A stretch of 64,000 bases of DNA from Macrostomum hystrix (taxonomy: Eukaryota > Animalia > Platyhelminthes), in contig CATNEN010000039.1 in NCBI GenBank assembly GCA_950097015.1, positions 434,001 to 498,000 on the forward strand. Direction: 5' to 3'. Of the stretch, positions 48,839 through 62,614 are shown in pieces (within the stretch, counting starts at the first letter, position 1; each line of letters opens with the position of its first letter). Below the pieces are notes generated by a model that saw nothing but the letters and a program-made list of their open reading frames with translations, was not told the origin of the DNA and did not search any database. Made by a program: the position numbers and the translations under genes.

Positions 48839-51800
48839 ATGAATTTTAGCTTGCTTTGCCGCACATCTGTAGCTGGTATTCTGCTCATCATCTTCTGCGG
48901 TTCGCTCAGACTTGGAATTCTAGCACAACCTCCGGGCATGCGCTTCTGCTTAGATAATGAAACCAACGCAAAAAGTGGCCAGGATATTCCACCTCAAAAT
49001 GATAAGAATAAAAATAGCGCGAAGCAGCGGGTTCAATCAGCAATGGGGCGCGATGTGGCCAAGGCGTGCCTGGAGGGGCTGCATGAGATGGAGCAAGAAG
49101 GTAACCACTTCTATGTGTTTGAGGCCAACCAGTCAGCCATCCTTGAGAGCGAGGCCTGCAGCGAAAGTGAAGATGAGGTGCTTGTAGTTTCATTGTAAAT
49201 GACTTGGTTGTAGAGAAATCAATGCAGAGCGATTGCTGCAAATCGTCTCTTTTAGCTTGAATCAAGATAGCCATAAAGACTGTACTTTCTAGAGTGGTCG
49301 AGTTATGATCGAAGTGGTCTTAGGTTATCGTTAGCGGATGTCACGACGGGGAGCGAATAATCCAAGTAAAGCTCAATTAAACAATTATCATAACGATTTC
49401 CTCCCGCAGCTATCAAAACTAGTCAAAGCGATGAACTGGGAGGTTGCACTGCGCTCCAAGAACCGGAACAGGCCTTTGTTCAATTTCCCAATAAAGCAGG
49501 GAAATTGGGTGTTTAATAGACCGGAGATTTCCAGTTCGCTACTGTGGACGCCCGTAAACATACTGCCGAACAAGGACGACCTGTGCGTAACAAGGAGCGG
49601 TCAGCTTCGTTTTATTCTGTTCAAGGTATGAACTGCTACACGGACTGGCTCTGATAATTCTGATGGTGGCATGCTTTGTTTAAGGTATGTCTGACTGCTT
49701 GGGACTGGCTCTGATACTTTTGAGAGGGCATATTCATGTTCGTACTGTCCCGAGGGATTCTGTATTCAAAATTTTCTGATGTGCTGAACTCCTTGTCCTG
49801 TAGTCGGTAATTCGATTCGATGTTTTTACGATGGTGAATCTTGACCATTATAGGAATTTGATTTGCAACTCAGTGCTACAACGGATCCCCCTCCCACCTC
49901 CCGCGCTATCATGCAAACACAAGCCGGAGATGGCTGGGACCTACGCGATCCGGCCTTCTTTTTACAAACCAGCCCTAGCACCAAAAAGCATAGGGCATAA
50001 AGTTCTCAGTAGTCTTTACTCAATCTACCATCACGTGGATTTTTTATATGACTCACTGGAATACTTTGAGCGCAATCCGGTGCGACAAAAGATGCCGCCA
50101 CTGGCGCCGAAAGTCAACATGACGCGCAGGTTCAGCTCGGAGCCCAACATGCGCTACCAATACCGCTCATTACCAGACGCACCTAAGCCAGGCCCCATGG
50201 ATGCCGTGGAGTCCAACAACACAATGAAGGGCGGTCGACCGAAGTATCGCTACCCTCCAAAGCTGTTTAAAAACTTGACAATACAGATGATGTGGACGCC
50301 TCCACCGGAGCTTAATCAGTTCAGCAGCTGGACACCAATGTGTGGTGAGTCACTTGATACAACCTACTGCTCCTGCTGCTGCTGCTTAGCAGGTTTGAGC
50401 AATCAGGCGAATGGAACCTATTTGATTATACTTTCAAGATGCAGCTTTTAACTAAAAAAGCTTTTCAGACTTCAAAAACTGGGATACCAAGCCGAGGGTA
50501 TATGAAGTCGCAATTCGCTTTCGCAATTCTAAGAGCTAATAATATGCAGCGTCTTTGTTGCCTAGCTGAATTTTGTAATTGTGTGCTTGTGCCTACTTTG
50601 TGCAGGCCTTCAAAATCTTCACAAGGAATTTGAATTCAAGACTAAATTACCCAGATACTATCTGAGTAGATGCCTCGATAATTTCATAGCAAATCAATCG
50701 CGCCCCACAGGAATGAGGATCGTTCGCATGCGGTTTATGAAGTGCGCAATCGATCTGGATCTCCCTAAAATCATTAAGCGTCTCGGCGAGTACCAATACA
50801 ATTTTAATCTGCAGAGGGATTACGAAGGTAAAAGAAGGCAGATGTTTTTCTCTGAGGGCCACGGCTTGTCATTGCTCTGGCTTTTGTACAGCTTGGCCAG
50901 ACGACTGAAGGTTCAACTTGTTGTGAGTATAACTTTCTAACTGACTTAGACTTATGAGTTAGGATGCTGAGTTGAAGATTAACTTAGCTACTTTACATGT
51001 TTTTTGCTAATGCTTTTGACCAGGAGCTGAGCTTAAGATCGTGTTATATGCTCTAGGATTGATTGGTTCCTGACTAGTTAAGGCAATTAATAGCTGAATG
51101 ATTCTGCCCCTGGCTTGAATTCAAGTGTCACATTCTAATAACTAGACGCCTAACCCACCAACTGAACAACGTTGCGTAGGACGAGGCGAGAGAAGCTTCT
51201 GAGAACCGCCCACTCTATTTGGCGGGATTCTTTCGGACTAAGACACGGATTAACAAGGACGGTACGGCTGAGCTGCAGAGTCTGCGCATACCGTGCCACT
51301 ACACCCTGCTGCACCACCTGCCCAACAAGACATTGATGGAAGAAGGCATGGCCAGCCTTGAGGTGTACAAGATCAAGAACACAGGCGAACGAGAACAGGC
51401 AGTCCGGCCGTGCGGATTCTCCGATCCAATGGAGCTGCTGCGTATGATGGGCGAGCTTCTTGTAGCACAGCTCAGGCGCTTGGTCAACATGGTCCGGCGG
51501 CGTCCCGTGGTGCCCCAGCGCAGCGTTATCAGCAGGTATTGTGGGTGCGCTGATAGCAACTCGAGCAGGGTTTCCGATTCTTACAAAAAGTTTAGAATGC
51601 TTTTATTTTATAATGTCGGAATTCTAATTCCCGCACGTACTTCGAATTTGCGACCGAATTCGCGCTATATCTATTTTTTTAATCTCAGATATTATGCGGA
51701 ATTTGCAAATTGAAAGTTAAATTAGTTGGTGATCATAGCATTCACATTAACCCGTGGCAGTGGCAAGACTCTGTACATGAGGTGCCCGGTCGATATGATC

Positions 51801-52817
51801 GCTTTCGAGAGACCGGCATGCAACCTACCTGACAGAGATGACAACATAATGTGGACTTTCAACGGCAAGACATTGCGCTTTTTTCCTGCTGAGGTGGAGC
51901 GTGGCCCCCGTCTGACCAAGGAATGCAGCCTTGTCGTCACGAATATCCAAATGAACGACGGTGGAGAGTATGCATGTCACCGAACTCGCAAGGGTGAGCG
52001 GTCAGGACTAATTTACCTTAAATTTTCCAGTTGCTGCGAAATAGCGAAAAAAATCGGTATTTTTTAGTATGTTTTTAAAGCATTCAGGTATGGCCTAGCG
52101 GTGTGGTTTTGACGTTGTGAGACTTCGTGCACGCTAAATTTGCTATTTCAAAGAGACATCGGGGAATTACAGGTACCACGTGCCGTGTTACCAAACGAGG
52201 GGCGTGTTATGGCCACTGCAATTTTATTTCATTTTAAGTGCAATGAAATACTCATGATATGGCAAATTCACGGCTCCATGACCACAATTCTCCAATCACT
52301 TGCAGGGTCGCACGTGATGGAGGAAACACCGGCTTACCGCCACATCGTCGCAGTCGTACGTCCAGATTACGATCCGCCCCCAGTCGAGGAAGTTTACTTT
52401 GGCATGGCTGTTTGCATCATTTGGAACTTAGTCTTGCTACTGATTTGGTCGGTCATCTCAATCATCCGCAACTTGTTGAGCTTGCTGGGCAAAGAGCCGG
52501 AGGGCCCCATCAAAGAGGTGTGGACCAGCTTCTTCGATGAAGATCCTTCCCTAGGTGATCTGGATGAGGACGACGAGGAGGAGGAAGAAGAAGAGAAAGA
52601 GGAGGATGAAGAAGTGAAAGAGGAGGATGAAGAAGAAGTAGAAGAAGAGGAACCACTGGCTGAATCCAACAGTCTGATGGGAAAACCGAAGAGCCCACCC
52701 GAAGAGCCCAAAGCCAAAGCTGCTGGGCAAGACGAGACCACAGGCAGCAACCGAGGGCAGCACAACAGGCACCGCTGGGGGCGAAAGAAACTCTGGACCA
52801 AAACGAAGAGAGATTAA
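48839..52817 (+). CDS. Multi-exon Ig-domain type I membrane protein with acidic cytoplasmic tail (exon structure approximate)
   Basis: N-terminal signal-like segment; ORF blocks bounded by AG/GT sites (~49336-49626, 49874-50344, 50607-50827, 51180-51535, 51726-51993, 52306-52817); Ig motif C...W.FNG...SLVV.NIQMNDGGEYAC; TM VYFGMAVCIIWNLVLLLIWSVISII. Confidence 0.62.
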
Positions 52818-53605
52818 TGTGACTGTAACTCACGAGAAGTAATATCGGTCACCAGTGAGACTTTGTGACATTTTGAATTAGTACATTAAGAGCAAATGGT
52901 GCTCTTTACTGACTCATCAACCAAGCTTTCGAATAATAATAGACTTACGAGTAGAAAGGGGCGGTAAAAGTAAACTAATGAAGCCCCGATAATATATCTA
53001 GTAAATATACATATTTTAGTATAATTGATTAGCTTAAAAACAGTAAAGCTTTTCTCTGTAGTAATAAAATTTCTCAATCTTTAGAGATACAATTTTTTAA
53101 AAGTCAGTGGGCCGTTTGCAATAGATATAGTGAGTCCGCAGGGTCACACTAGGCAAAACGGAAATATCTTTATTGTAAAAGTGCAGCGCAATACAAAAAC
53201 TCATAAGCAGCATAGGCACAGTTGTGTGTAAGGGACTGCAGAGTCTGCTGATCGACAGACCTTCATATCGAATGCTGCCGGGATAACAAGACCAAAGCTT
53301 GATAAATGTGTGCCCTGGTGCAGAAGGTGCTAAAAGCTAGCTGGCTATTCGATAGCTTCATACCAGAGTGAATTGGTGTCCAGGCCTGCGTGACTTATCA
53401 GTATCATAAAGCTTGCTGGCTTTTCATACAGTTTCATACTTGTGAAATGGTGTTAAGACCTGCGTATGTTAAAGCTGGAGAGCTTAACACACTACTAATT
53501 GGTTAGGTTTTACTACACCAGAAAAAGTATAAACTTCACAGAACAGTTTGTGCGGGTCCTAACCGAACATGCTTCAGTTAGATTCTCAGACTCTGCCATT
53601 CCAAT

Positions 53606-56600
53606 CTAGCCTAAGTTGTAGCTCTCAATCTGCATGGTCTTGTAATAGGCCCAGTAGATTGTGTTGAACAGCAAGAACACGGCTGGGAAGATCCTCTTTG
53701 CGAGAAAGTCAACGAACTCGGCGTCGGTCATGCTGGATGGCTGCGGGGTCTTGTGGCACAAACAGCGCAGGCCCAACCAGTGCGCGATGTCGTCCTTGTG
53801 ACGGAAAATCCAGCCGAGATCCTCAGCCGTAGGCCGGTTGTTGTCGTCCTCATCCTTCGGACCGTGAACTGTAGAAGAGTCACCGCTAGTGTCACATTTG
53901 ATAGCAACGCCGCTCATGTTGTTGACGCCGGCATCACAGGCATCACAGCTCGGCTGTTCGGTTTCCGCAGAGGCTTTAACGATCGGACTTGCGGCAGCGG
54001 TTGTCGCGGCGACTGCGTTCTGAACGGAGAGGGCAGGGCAAGTTGATGATTTATTTGCTATGCCCAATCACCATACTGGTCTGATTCTGAGCTGCACACT
54101 TTAAATCATATCGGGCCAGGTTGTTCTGGGTTACATTACAGTCGTACGTTCGATAGATACCGATTAATATGATGGCATGGGTGCAAAGTGGTAACTAATA
54201 TCGCAGCTTAGCTTGTAGATCAAGCTGCCCAGTGTTTTCAGTTGGTTCACATATTTAACAAAAATGTCAGTGCGTGGATAGCACGTGCACTAAACAGTTC
54301 GATTCAAGTTTCAGAAAGAGAGCCCGCTCGAACTCTACATGTTGTCAAGTTCCAGAGAGAGCCCGCTCGAACTCTACATGTTGTCAAGTTCCAGTGAGAA
54401 CCCGCTCGAACTCTACATGTTGTCAAGTTCCAGAGAGAGCCCGCTCGAACTCTACATGTTGTCAAGTTCCAGAGAGAGCCCGCTCGAACTCTACGTGTTG
54501 TCAAGTTCCAGTGAGAGCCCGCTCGAACTCTACATGTTGTCAAGTTCCAGAGAGAGCCCGCTCGAACTCTACATGTTGTCAAGTTCCAGAGAGAGCCCGC
54601 TCGAACTCTACATGTTGTCAAGTTCCAGAGAGAGCCCGCTCGAACTCTACATGTTGTCAAGTTCCAGAGAGAGCCCGCTCGAACTCTACATGTTGTCAAG
54701 TTCCAGAGAGAGCCCGCTCGAACTCTACATGTTGTCAAGTTCCAGAGAGAGCCCGCTCGAACTCTACATGTTGTCAAGTTCCAGAGAGAGCCCGCTCGAA
54801 CTCTACATGTTGTCAAGTTCCAGAGAGAGCCCGCTCGAACTCTACATGTTGTCAAGTTCCAGAGAGAGCCCGCTCGAACTCTACATTTTGTCAAGTTCCA
54901 GAGAGAGCCCGCTCGAACTCTACATGTTGTCAAGTTCCAGAGAGAGCCCGCTCGAACTCTACATCTTGCAGTTTTGTGCAGTGCGCGATTTCTGAAAAGG
55001 TTAGTTTAGTGTCACAAGCGTTGGTGAAGATTATTCTTTTCTAGCTGCTGCTAGCTAGTCTTTGCCTTCAAGCCTGCAAACTTTGCGTTTGCTCCTCTGC
55101 CCGAGAAAGTTAAGCTGACTCATAAGAATCAGTTTACTTGGAGACGAAAAAAACTAAAATTCTAGATTCACAAAGCAAATCTAGGTGCATAATCGAGGTT
55201 GAAACGAAGTACTGCCCGTGTTTTGGTGTGCTTCAAAATCAAATTCTCACTCATATTTCCATTCACAAGGCAATAAATCAGACAGGGCTGGCCATCAAGC
55301 AGAAATCGAAGAGAAAAACAAGACATGCCAGGCGACTGAGGAAAACCTCTCAGGAGGCAGCCGTTGGATGAATCGGGCTGAGATGCTTAAAGAGGAAAGG
55401 TCGCGAGGCAAGGGTGGCCGACTTGGTGACATTTGAAATGAAGCGCCAGCAAGGAAAGGGCTTGAATTTCATCGATAGAAGAGAAATCCGACTCACATAT
55501 TGGGATTTAAATTACACAGAAATGTAATTTTCGTCAAGTGCAAAGCTAGAGTGGGACAGCATGTTTTGCTAAAAATCTATTTCGACCAGTTAGGTATACA
55601 AAGCGAGGCCAGCGCCCACCTCGGGAAACGGACGAACTTGAGCTAAGCTCATCTGAAAGGAAAACGATCGGCCAGTGAGTCCTCCATCGGTTTATCGATT
55701 TTCTACCAATATTTCTACCAATATTTTCATTATTAGTCTATCAATATTTCATCAATTTTCGTCAATTTAACTAATATCCATTAATATTCATCTGTTTTCA
55801 TCCACATTCAACCGACTTCCATCAATATTTTTCTTTAATACTATCAATATCAATTCTACCAATTGAGGAAGCATGCCAGATTGCTTAGTATGTCTATTGT
55901 ACTGTAGCAGCTAAATCGACCTGGAGAGCTGTACCATGAGCTTTAGCGCGGCCATTCAAAATCTGTATGCAGTATTCATGCGTGGGCTGAGGCCTGACTC
56001 ACCCGCAGAGTGGTAGCAACTTCCAGCAGCTTCTTGGGCCGCTGCCACTTGTCAGCGGTACGCAGCGTGCCGGACTTGCGCTGCACCACGTTCACTACCG
56101 CGTACTCGATCAGCGCCATGAACACGAAGGTCAGGCAGCCGGTCAGCCAGACGTCGATGCTCTTGATGTAGGAGACTCGAGGCATCCCGGACCTGCCGTT
56201 TGCAGCAAACAATCGAAGCAGGCAATGCAATGCAATGCACCAATCAGTGCGAGGCTGTGTGAATGCATTTTTATCATTCTAGCTGCTGTGGAAAAGTATC
56301 TGCAGCATCAAGCATGCCGTCAGCATTAGAACCAGCTGATGGATAAAAAACTCCCAGTGCAGTTGGGATAATGGCATAAAATAGCATAGAATAGCAATAG
56401 CATATTATGCCAACATTGTTATCTTTGAATTGCGATGGAAGCGATGCAAGCCTAGCCATGACTGAGCATCTCGTCTGACACGTCTAGGCAGGACGGGTGT
56501 TTGAGACCCACAGGCTGCATAAGCCGCAGGGCAACTGTGGCAATGAAATGACAGTCCTACCTAATCAAACAGTAGAAAATGGCCTGAACTGTAAACCAAA

Positions 56601-59600
56601 GGCCGATATCTTAAATGGTGAATTAGAGACAGTGAATTAAATAGAAGTTCTTTCCATTTCGAACCCGCTTCTATATCTTAAATCAAACTATTCAAGCATA
56701 CAGCATTTACGGACCAACTGTATAGTAGTGAGTGGCGGAGCGGTACCACAATAACTTCATGTAGAGGGGTCAGTGGCGGAGCGGTACCACAATACCTTCA
56801 TGTAGAGGGGTGAGTGGCTGAGCGGTATTATAATACCATCGATTTAAGGGGTCAGTGGCGGAGCGGTATCATAATACCTTCAAGTAGAGGGGTCAGTGGC
56901 GGAGCGGTATCATAATACCTTCATGTAGAGGGGTGAGAGGCTGAGCGGTATCATAATACCTTCAAGTAGAGGGTGTCAGTGGCGGAGCGGTACCACAATA
57001 CCTTCATGTAGAGGGGTGAGTGGCTGAGCGGTATCATAATACCTTCATGTAGAGGGGTGAGTGGCTGAGCGGTATCATAATACCTTCATGTAGAGGGGTG
57101 AGTGGCGGAGCGGTATCATAATACCTTCATGTAGAGGGGTCAGTGGCGGAGCGGTATCATAATACCTTCATGTAGAGGGGTCAGTGGCGGAGCGGTATCA
57201 TAATACCTTCATGTAGAGGGGTGAGTGGCGGAGCGGTATCATAATACCTTCATGTAGAGGGGTCAGTGGCGGAGCGGTATCATAATACCTTCAAGTAGAG
57301 GGTGTCAGTGGCGGAGCGGTACCACAATACCTTCATGTAGAGGGGTGAGTGGCTGAGCGGTATCATAATACCTTCATGTAGAGGGGTCAGTGGCGGAGCG
57401 GTATCATAATACCTTCAAGTAGAGGGGTCAGTGGCGGAGCGGTATCATAATACCTTCAAGTAGAGGGGTCAGTGGCGGAGCGGTATCATAATACCTTCAT
57501 GTAGAGGGGTCAGTGGCGGAGCGGTATCATAATACCTTCAAGTAGAGGGTGTCAGTGGCGGAGCGGTACCACAATACCTTGATCATGTAGAGGGGTCAGT
57601 GGCGGAGCGGTATCATAATACCTTCAAGTAGAGGGTGTCAGTGGCAGAGCGGTACCACAATACCTTCGAGTAGAGGGGGTCAGTGGCGGAGCGGTATCAT
57701 AATACCTTCAAGTAGAGGGTGTCAGTGGCGGAGCAGTACCACAATACCTTCGAGTAGAGGGGGTCAGTGGCGGAGCGGTATCATAATACCTTCAAGTAGA
57801 GAGGTGGATTTTTTCCGATAAATATTCGAAAATGCAGTGAGCGATTATATTTGTGTAGCGTACACAAAGTCTTTAATAATATTTGCAATGGGTTCGAACT
57901 CTGCTTATAAAACTCAGAATATATATTTTTTTGCATATAAAACAACGCATCGTGATTAGCATTGAGTCATGTTATTGCAATTTACAATGCTATGTATCAC
58001 TCACGTAACGCTTGAGCTCTGAGTGGTAATTGTGAGCACCGTGAGCAGACTGAGAGTAATTCTGGCTGGAGTGGCGTGGTGGTCAATCCAGAAAGACACC
58101 CAGGACAGCACCACTACCAGGGTGCTCGGTATGTACACCTGGATCAGGTAATAATTGAATTTGCGCCGCATGTGCAGACTCACGCGAAGGCAGGTGTATC
58201 GGCCTGTGTTGGAAGTTGGAATTTATCATCAGACATGTTCGCAGAGTTTTACATATCTGAGCCTAAAGGCTGCGAGTTAATGTGTATTTTGGCTTGGGTA
58301 AGAGACTTGACATAAAAAACATGGAGACTTTCCTCAATTTGTAAAAAAGAGGCGAGAGATTTCGAGGGAATAAAATACAGAGTCAAAATTCAGTATCAAT
58401 CATCATCATCATAGCATTGAGCAGGAATCCACTCACCTGTCACTTCATATCCTGTCGTACAGTCGTGCAGAGTGGACTTGACCACATCGTACTCGGGCAG
58501 CGACTTCGCCACGTCACTGAGGACCACGGCAGCCGCATCGTTCCAGCGCAAGATTACGTCACTGGTGCGGTAGCCGTCTGCGGGGAGTCAGTGGGCTGTC
58601 TGGCTTGCTGTGCGAACCTGCTGTCTAGCAGTGATGACAGGGCTTTCGGAGTGCACTGACATCTGCGCTCCTAGGCCCAGATGAGCACCAAATGAGCACC
58701 AAATGAGCATAATACCTGCTGATCAGATTTCGACCAGTTTTACATTTTCATATATGTTGGCTTTTCTACATTTGTGCATTTGTTTATTCGCGTGCAAATG
58801 TGAGGGCTCAAATGAGAGAAACCGCAGCCGACTCAGACAAGCACAGAGCCTCTGAAGTGTGAAAAGTTTGTGGCTTGCCTATCTTTGAAACTTACAGCTG
58901 CCAAACTCGATGCTGCAGACCTGGCTGTCCATGGGGTACAGCTCCAGTTGAAACTGGCAGGACAGAGACAGCGTGTACCTGTTTCAGGTTGTGAGTGATT
59001 AGCACTCGTAGAGCTATGAGCTGCTCTGTGCGAACACTGACAAGCCAACCGAACAGGGGCGGGTGAGTGGTTTGGGAAGAGGAGGGGCGGGTGAGTGGTT
59101 GGGGAAGAGGAGGGGCGGGTGAGTGGTTGGGGAAGAGGAGGGGCGGGTGAGTGGTTTGGGAAGAGGAGGGGCGGGTGAGTGGTTGGGGAAGAGGAGGGGC
59201 GGGTGAGTGGTTGGGGAAGAGGAGGGGCGGGTGAGTGGTTGGGGAAGAGGAGGGGCGAGTGAGTGGTTGGGGAATAGGAGGGGCGGGTGAGTGGTTGGGG
59301 AAGAGGAGGGGCGGGTGAGTGGTTGGGGAAGAAGAGGAGCGGGTGAGTTAGGGTGAATCGTGGCGTGGAGGGTGAGTCGGGTGAGTTGTGAGTCGGGTGA
59401 ATGGTTAGGCGGCTGAGTGGTGAGTCGGGTGAGTGGTCGGGCGGGTGAGTTGAGAGGCGGGTGAGTGGTGAGTCGGGTGAGTGGTGAGTCGGGTGAGTGG
59501 TGAGTCGGGTGAATGGTTTTGCCGGTGAGTTGAGAGGCGAGTGTGAGGTGATGTCAGAGTCCGTGGCACTCACTTGGTGCTGAGGATGACACGGCCGTCG

Positions 59601-60443
59601 GGAGAGACCTGTAGCAGGATGTTAGGCACAGCGATGGTATGGAAGACGCCAGCCTTCTCGTTCAGGAAGTAGATGTCGGGCTGCCATACACGATCCACCA
59701 TGAAGCCGATGCTCAGCACGTCGGTGAGTGAGCTGTTGTAGGTGAGGCGGTCATCGTACCAGATCCTCCGGAAATACATTGACGTAGAGAAGTCCTTTGG
59801 ACGCACGGTTGATGCCCAATTGGGGGCAATATTAAATGATTGAGAAGGTTTTAATACTTTATCTATATTCAGAAACACCTGTTTCATAGAATCATATCAA
59901 ATCTACCCTGCTTATGTACCTTGCATGTACGCACGTATTTTGAAATGGTTCCTTGGCCTGGCTTCCAATTTTCATCATTATCTCTAACTATCGTGTCTGA
60001 AAAGTGCGTATATTTTCCCTTCTTAGCTCGTAGAACCTGAAGCTAATTGGCCGCAGTTACGCATGAACAGCTGCTGAATATTTGAACAATGAGAGCAACT
60101 CAGCCTGCTCCTGCGCCATTGGAGCCCTAAAAAGGTTCTACGCAGCCACTCTACTGGGGCAGAGCAGCTGGGCGCTCACCATATTCACTTCATTGGTGGC
60201 GGTAACCTCGATGATGTAGATGCTAATGTTGACAATGACGGGCACACGCTTGTCCAGGTCGGGCCGCACCTGACTGTTGTAGGGCGCGGCCAGCAGGCTG
60301 GTCGCTAGACTTGTCAGCACGTGCGACTGCAGGCTGCGAGTCGTGGGGCTCGCCGAGGCAGGTGCCAAAGTAGTGCTGGCTGCTGCAGAGGTCATCAACA
60401 GCAGCAGCAGCAGGACCGGTAACTTGCACGATTGGCCATGCAT
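53606..60443 (-). CDS. Cys-loop ligand-gated anion channel subunit (GlyR/GluCl-like); exons 60443-60180, 59794-59574, 58978-58896, 58577-58437, 58203-58005, 56192-56003, 54019-53606
   Basis: [19 protein letters not shown], Cys loop [15 protein letters not shown], loop-C cysteine pair, M1 YIPS...SWVSFW, PAR anion filter, P.VSYIK.IDVW, M4 [12 protein letters not shown]. An extra M3-M4 loop exon cannot be excluded. Confidence 0.93.
54317..54964. repeat. 39-bp minisatellite in a channel intron
   Basis: gagagcccgctcgaactctacatgttgtcaagttccaga x~16. Confidence 0.97.
56728..57803. repeat. 41-bp minisatellite in a channel intron
   Basis: gtggcggagcggtatcataataccttcatgtagaggggtca x~26; unit contains the inverted repeat ggtat...atacc. 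Confidence 0.97.
59056..59550. repeat. G-rich 28-bp minisatellite plus degenerate (ggtgagt)n tract in a channel intron
   Basis: ggggcgggtgagtggttggggaagagga units. Confidence 0.9.
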
Positions 60444-60692
60444 GCCGAGGGAAGCGGTCGTCCTTCTGTAGCAATTAGACAGTCAGAGCGGGCTTTAGTT
60501 GGATGTGTGGCTCTTGCGTTGCTTGTTCTCAGCGCTGCTGCTCACTCATCCATGCGGGCAGCGGACATGCAAAAGGCCTTGCATCAGCTCTTTAAGAGTT
60601 ACTCCGCTCAGCAGGTGAGTTTCAATGAAAATGCGCATGGGAGGCCTGTTTCCTCACAGCCCACTGGCCGCGCTGCTCTGACAAATCAGAGA

Positions 60693-61222
60693 AAGGGGAG
60701 CCGCGGCCACCGTCTCTGATACGGAGAGAACAGTGAGAATAATGCGTGCAGACTGAGGAAGGGGAGCCGCGGCCACCGTCTCTGATACGGAGAGAACAGT
60801 GAGAATGATGAGTGCAGACTGAGGAAGGGGAGCCGCGGCCACCGTCTCTGATACGGAGAGAACAGTGAGAATGATGAGTGCAGACTGAGGAAGGGGAGCC
60901 GCGGCCACCGTCTCTGATACGGAGAGAACAGTGAGAATGATGAGTGCAGACTGAGGAAGGGGAGCCGCGGCCACCGTCTCTGATACGGAGAGAACAGTGA
61001 GAATGATGAGTGCAGACTGAGGAAGGGGAGCCGCGGCCACCGTCTCTGATACGGAGAGAACAGTGAGAATGATGAGTGCAGACTGAGGAAGGGGAGCCGC
61101 GGCCACCGTCTCTGATACGGAGAGAACAGTGAGAATGATGAGTGCAGACTGAGGAAGGGGAGCCGCGGCCACAGTCTCTGATACGGAGAGAAAAGTGAGA
61201 ATGATGAGTGCAGACTGAGGAG
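60693..61222. repeat. 63-bp minisatellite x~8 upstream of the channel start codon
   Basis: Visible tandem array. Confidence 0.97.
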
Positions 61223-62614
61223 GGGGTCAGACACGAAGACTTGCGCGTTAAGCGATGGGATTGGATTATGCAAAGGCATTTGCGTAGGCTGTGGTTGCTC
61301 GCGAGCAGCAGATACACGGAAGGATAGTAGCTCGAGAATAGTAAGACTGGGGTAGCAAGTGGGACAGAGCGCATGGGAATGGGAATGGGGGTGTTGGAGA
61401 GAGCTCTGTGGACTCTGCGCCTCACTCTGTTTGAATAGCAAAAGTTCACTCGTGACAGGCGCTCTGCAAACCCAAGAATGATTTAAAGCACGAAAAATCT
61501 CTAAGACCAAATTCTGTTGCGGACCATATGTAGCCGCTAAATGCGAATGCAGCGTTGCAACAAAAAATGTGTTGACTTTCGTTTAGCTATAAAGGCCCGT
61601 TCACACAGCCATCAAATCAGTCGTTTTCGGCGCAAATTGACTAGAGGTTCAAATGAATAGTCGATAAAAATAATGTACAATCGCGTGTTCAAGCCTAGTT
61701 TGATGGCACTTGTGAATTAGCCTTAACGTGAATATTTAACGTGAGTATAAGGACCGCCAAAACCAAAACAACCTTTTGTCCTCCAACCCGTTTTCCCTTT
61801 GCACGAATCGGGACCTGGGAGCAACTATTTCCCAGGAGTAAAAAAGTCTGGGAAGTCTGCAACAACATGGAAATTTGATCATGGAAAATTTCAGAATTCA
61901 TTTAATTAAAAAATGAAAAAAACACGATACTCAAAACCAACAATGGGGAAAACAAACTTGCAAAAATGAGCACTAGATTGCCAGCTTCTATGATAAAATT
62001 GTCGCGGGATGTTGTGAAATCTTGGTAGAAAGCGGGGAGCAGGGGCAAGACCCGAAACCAAATGGCAGCAGAAAGTGCCAAAAACACACAGACAGGCGCA
62101 GCGGAAAAAACTGCCGGATCTGCTTTCGCCTGCAAAAATGGAAGGCTGGACTCAATAGCGGGCATCGACGTGAGCGACAGGCTGGGCGAGCACTGCGAAT
62201 AACAGAGCTCCTGCCGCTTAAATATTTCCAGCTGGCTAGTAAAGCAGCAAAAGTATAAATAAAAGCCTTGCTGACATTAACTTACAACTGAAAAACTGGT
62301 GGAAAGCATGCAGAAAAAACTGCTTGGGAAAACAGCGTGGGAACAATGAGACTGTGACCGACGTTAAGACGTAAGAATGTACAACATGAAGGTGAAGCGA
62401 ACCACCAAATCCGGCTGACAATTGAAGTACTTAAACAGCCGTCTCGGCGTTAACAATGACAGAGGAAAGGGAAAGGGGCTAAAGACAATATTTGAAAGTT
62501 GTCTCTAAAATCTATGCCATGGCAGTCAGCGCATTTTGTCAGCTGGTCGGACAATTGAACTTAAGTAAGTGATTCTATAAGGAAACAGAGGATTATGGGG
62601 TTCGAATCTGGCAT

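Noticed and set aside
53330-53480. TAAAGCT-containing segments resembling miR-9/miR-79
   Set aside because: Match limited to a few bases in a degenerate direct duplication; no convincing hairpin
54274-55044. Cys-rich repetitive ORFs (also 34342-35129, 35463-35931, 58833-59573, 60622-61510)
   Set aside because: Minisatellite translations in introns or intergenic DNA
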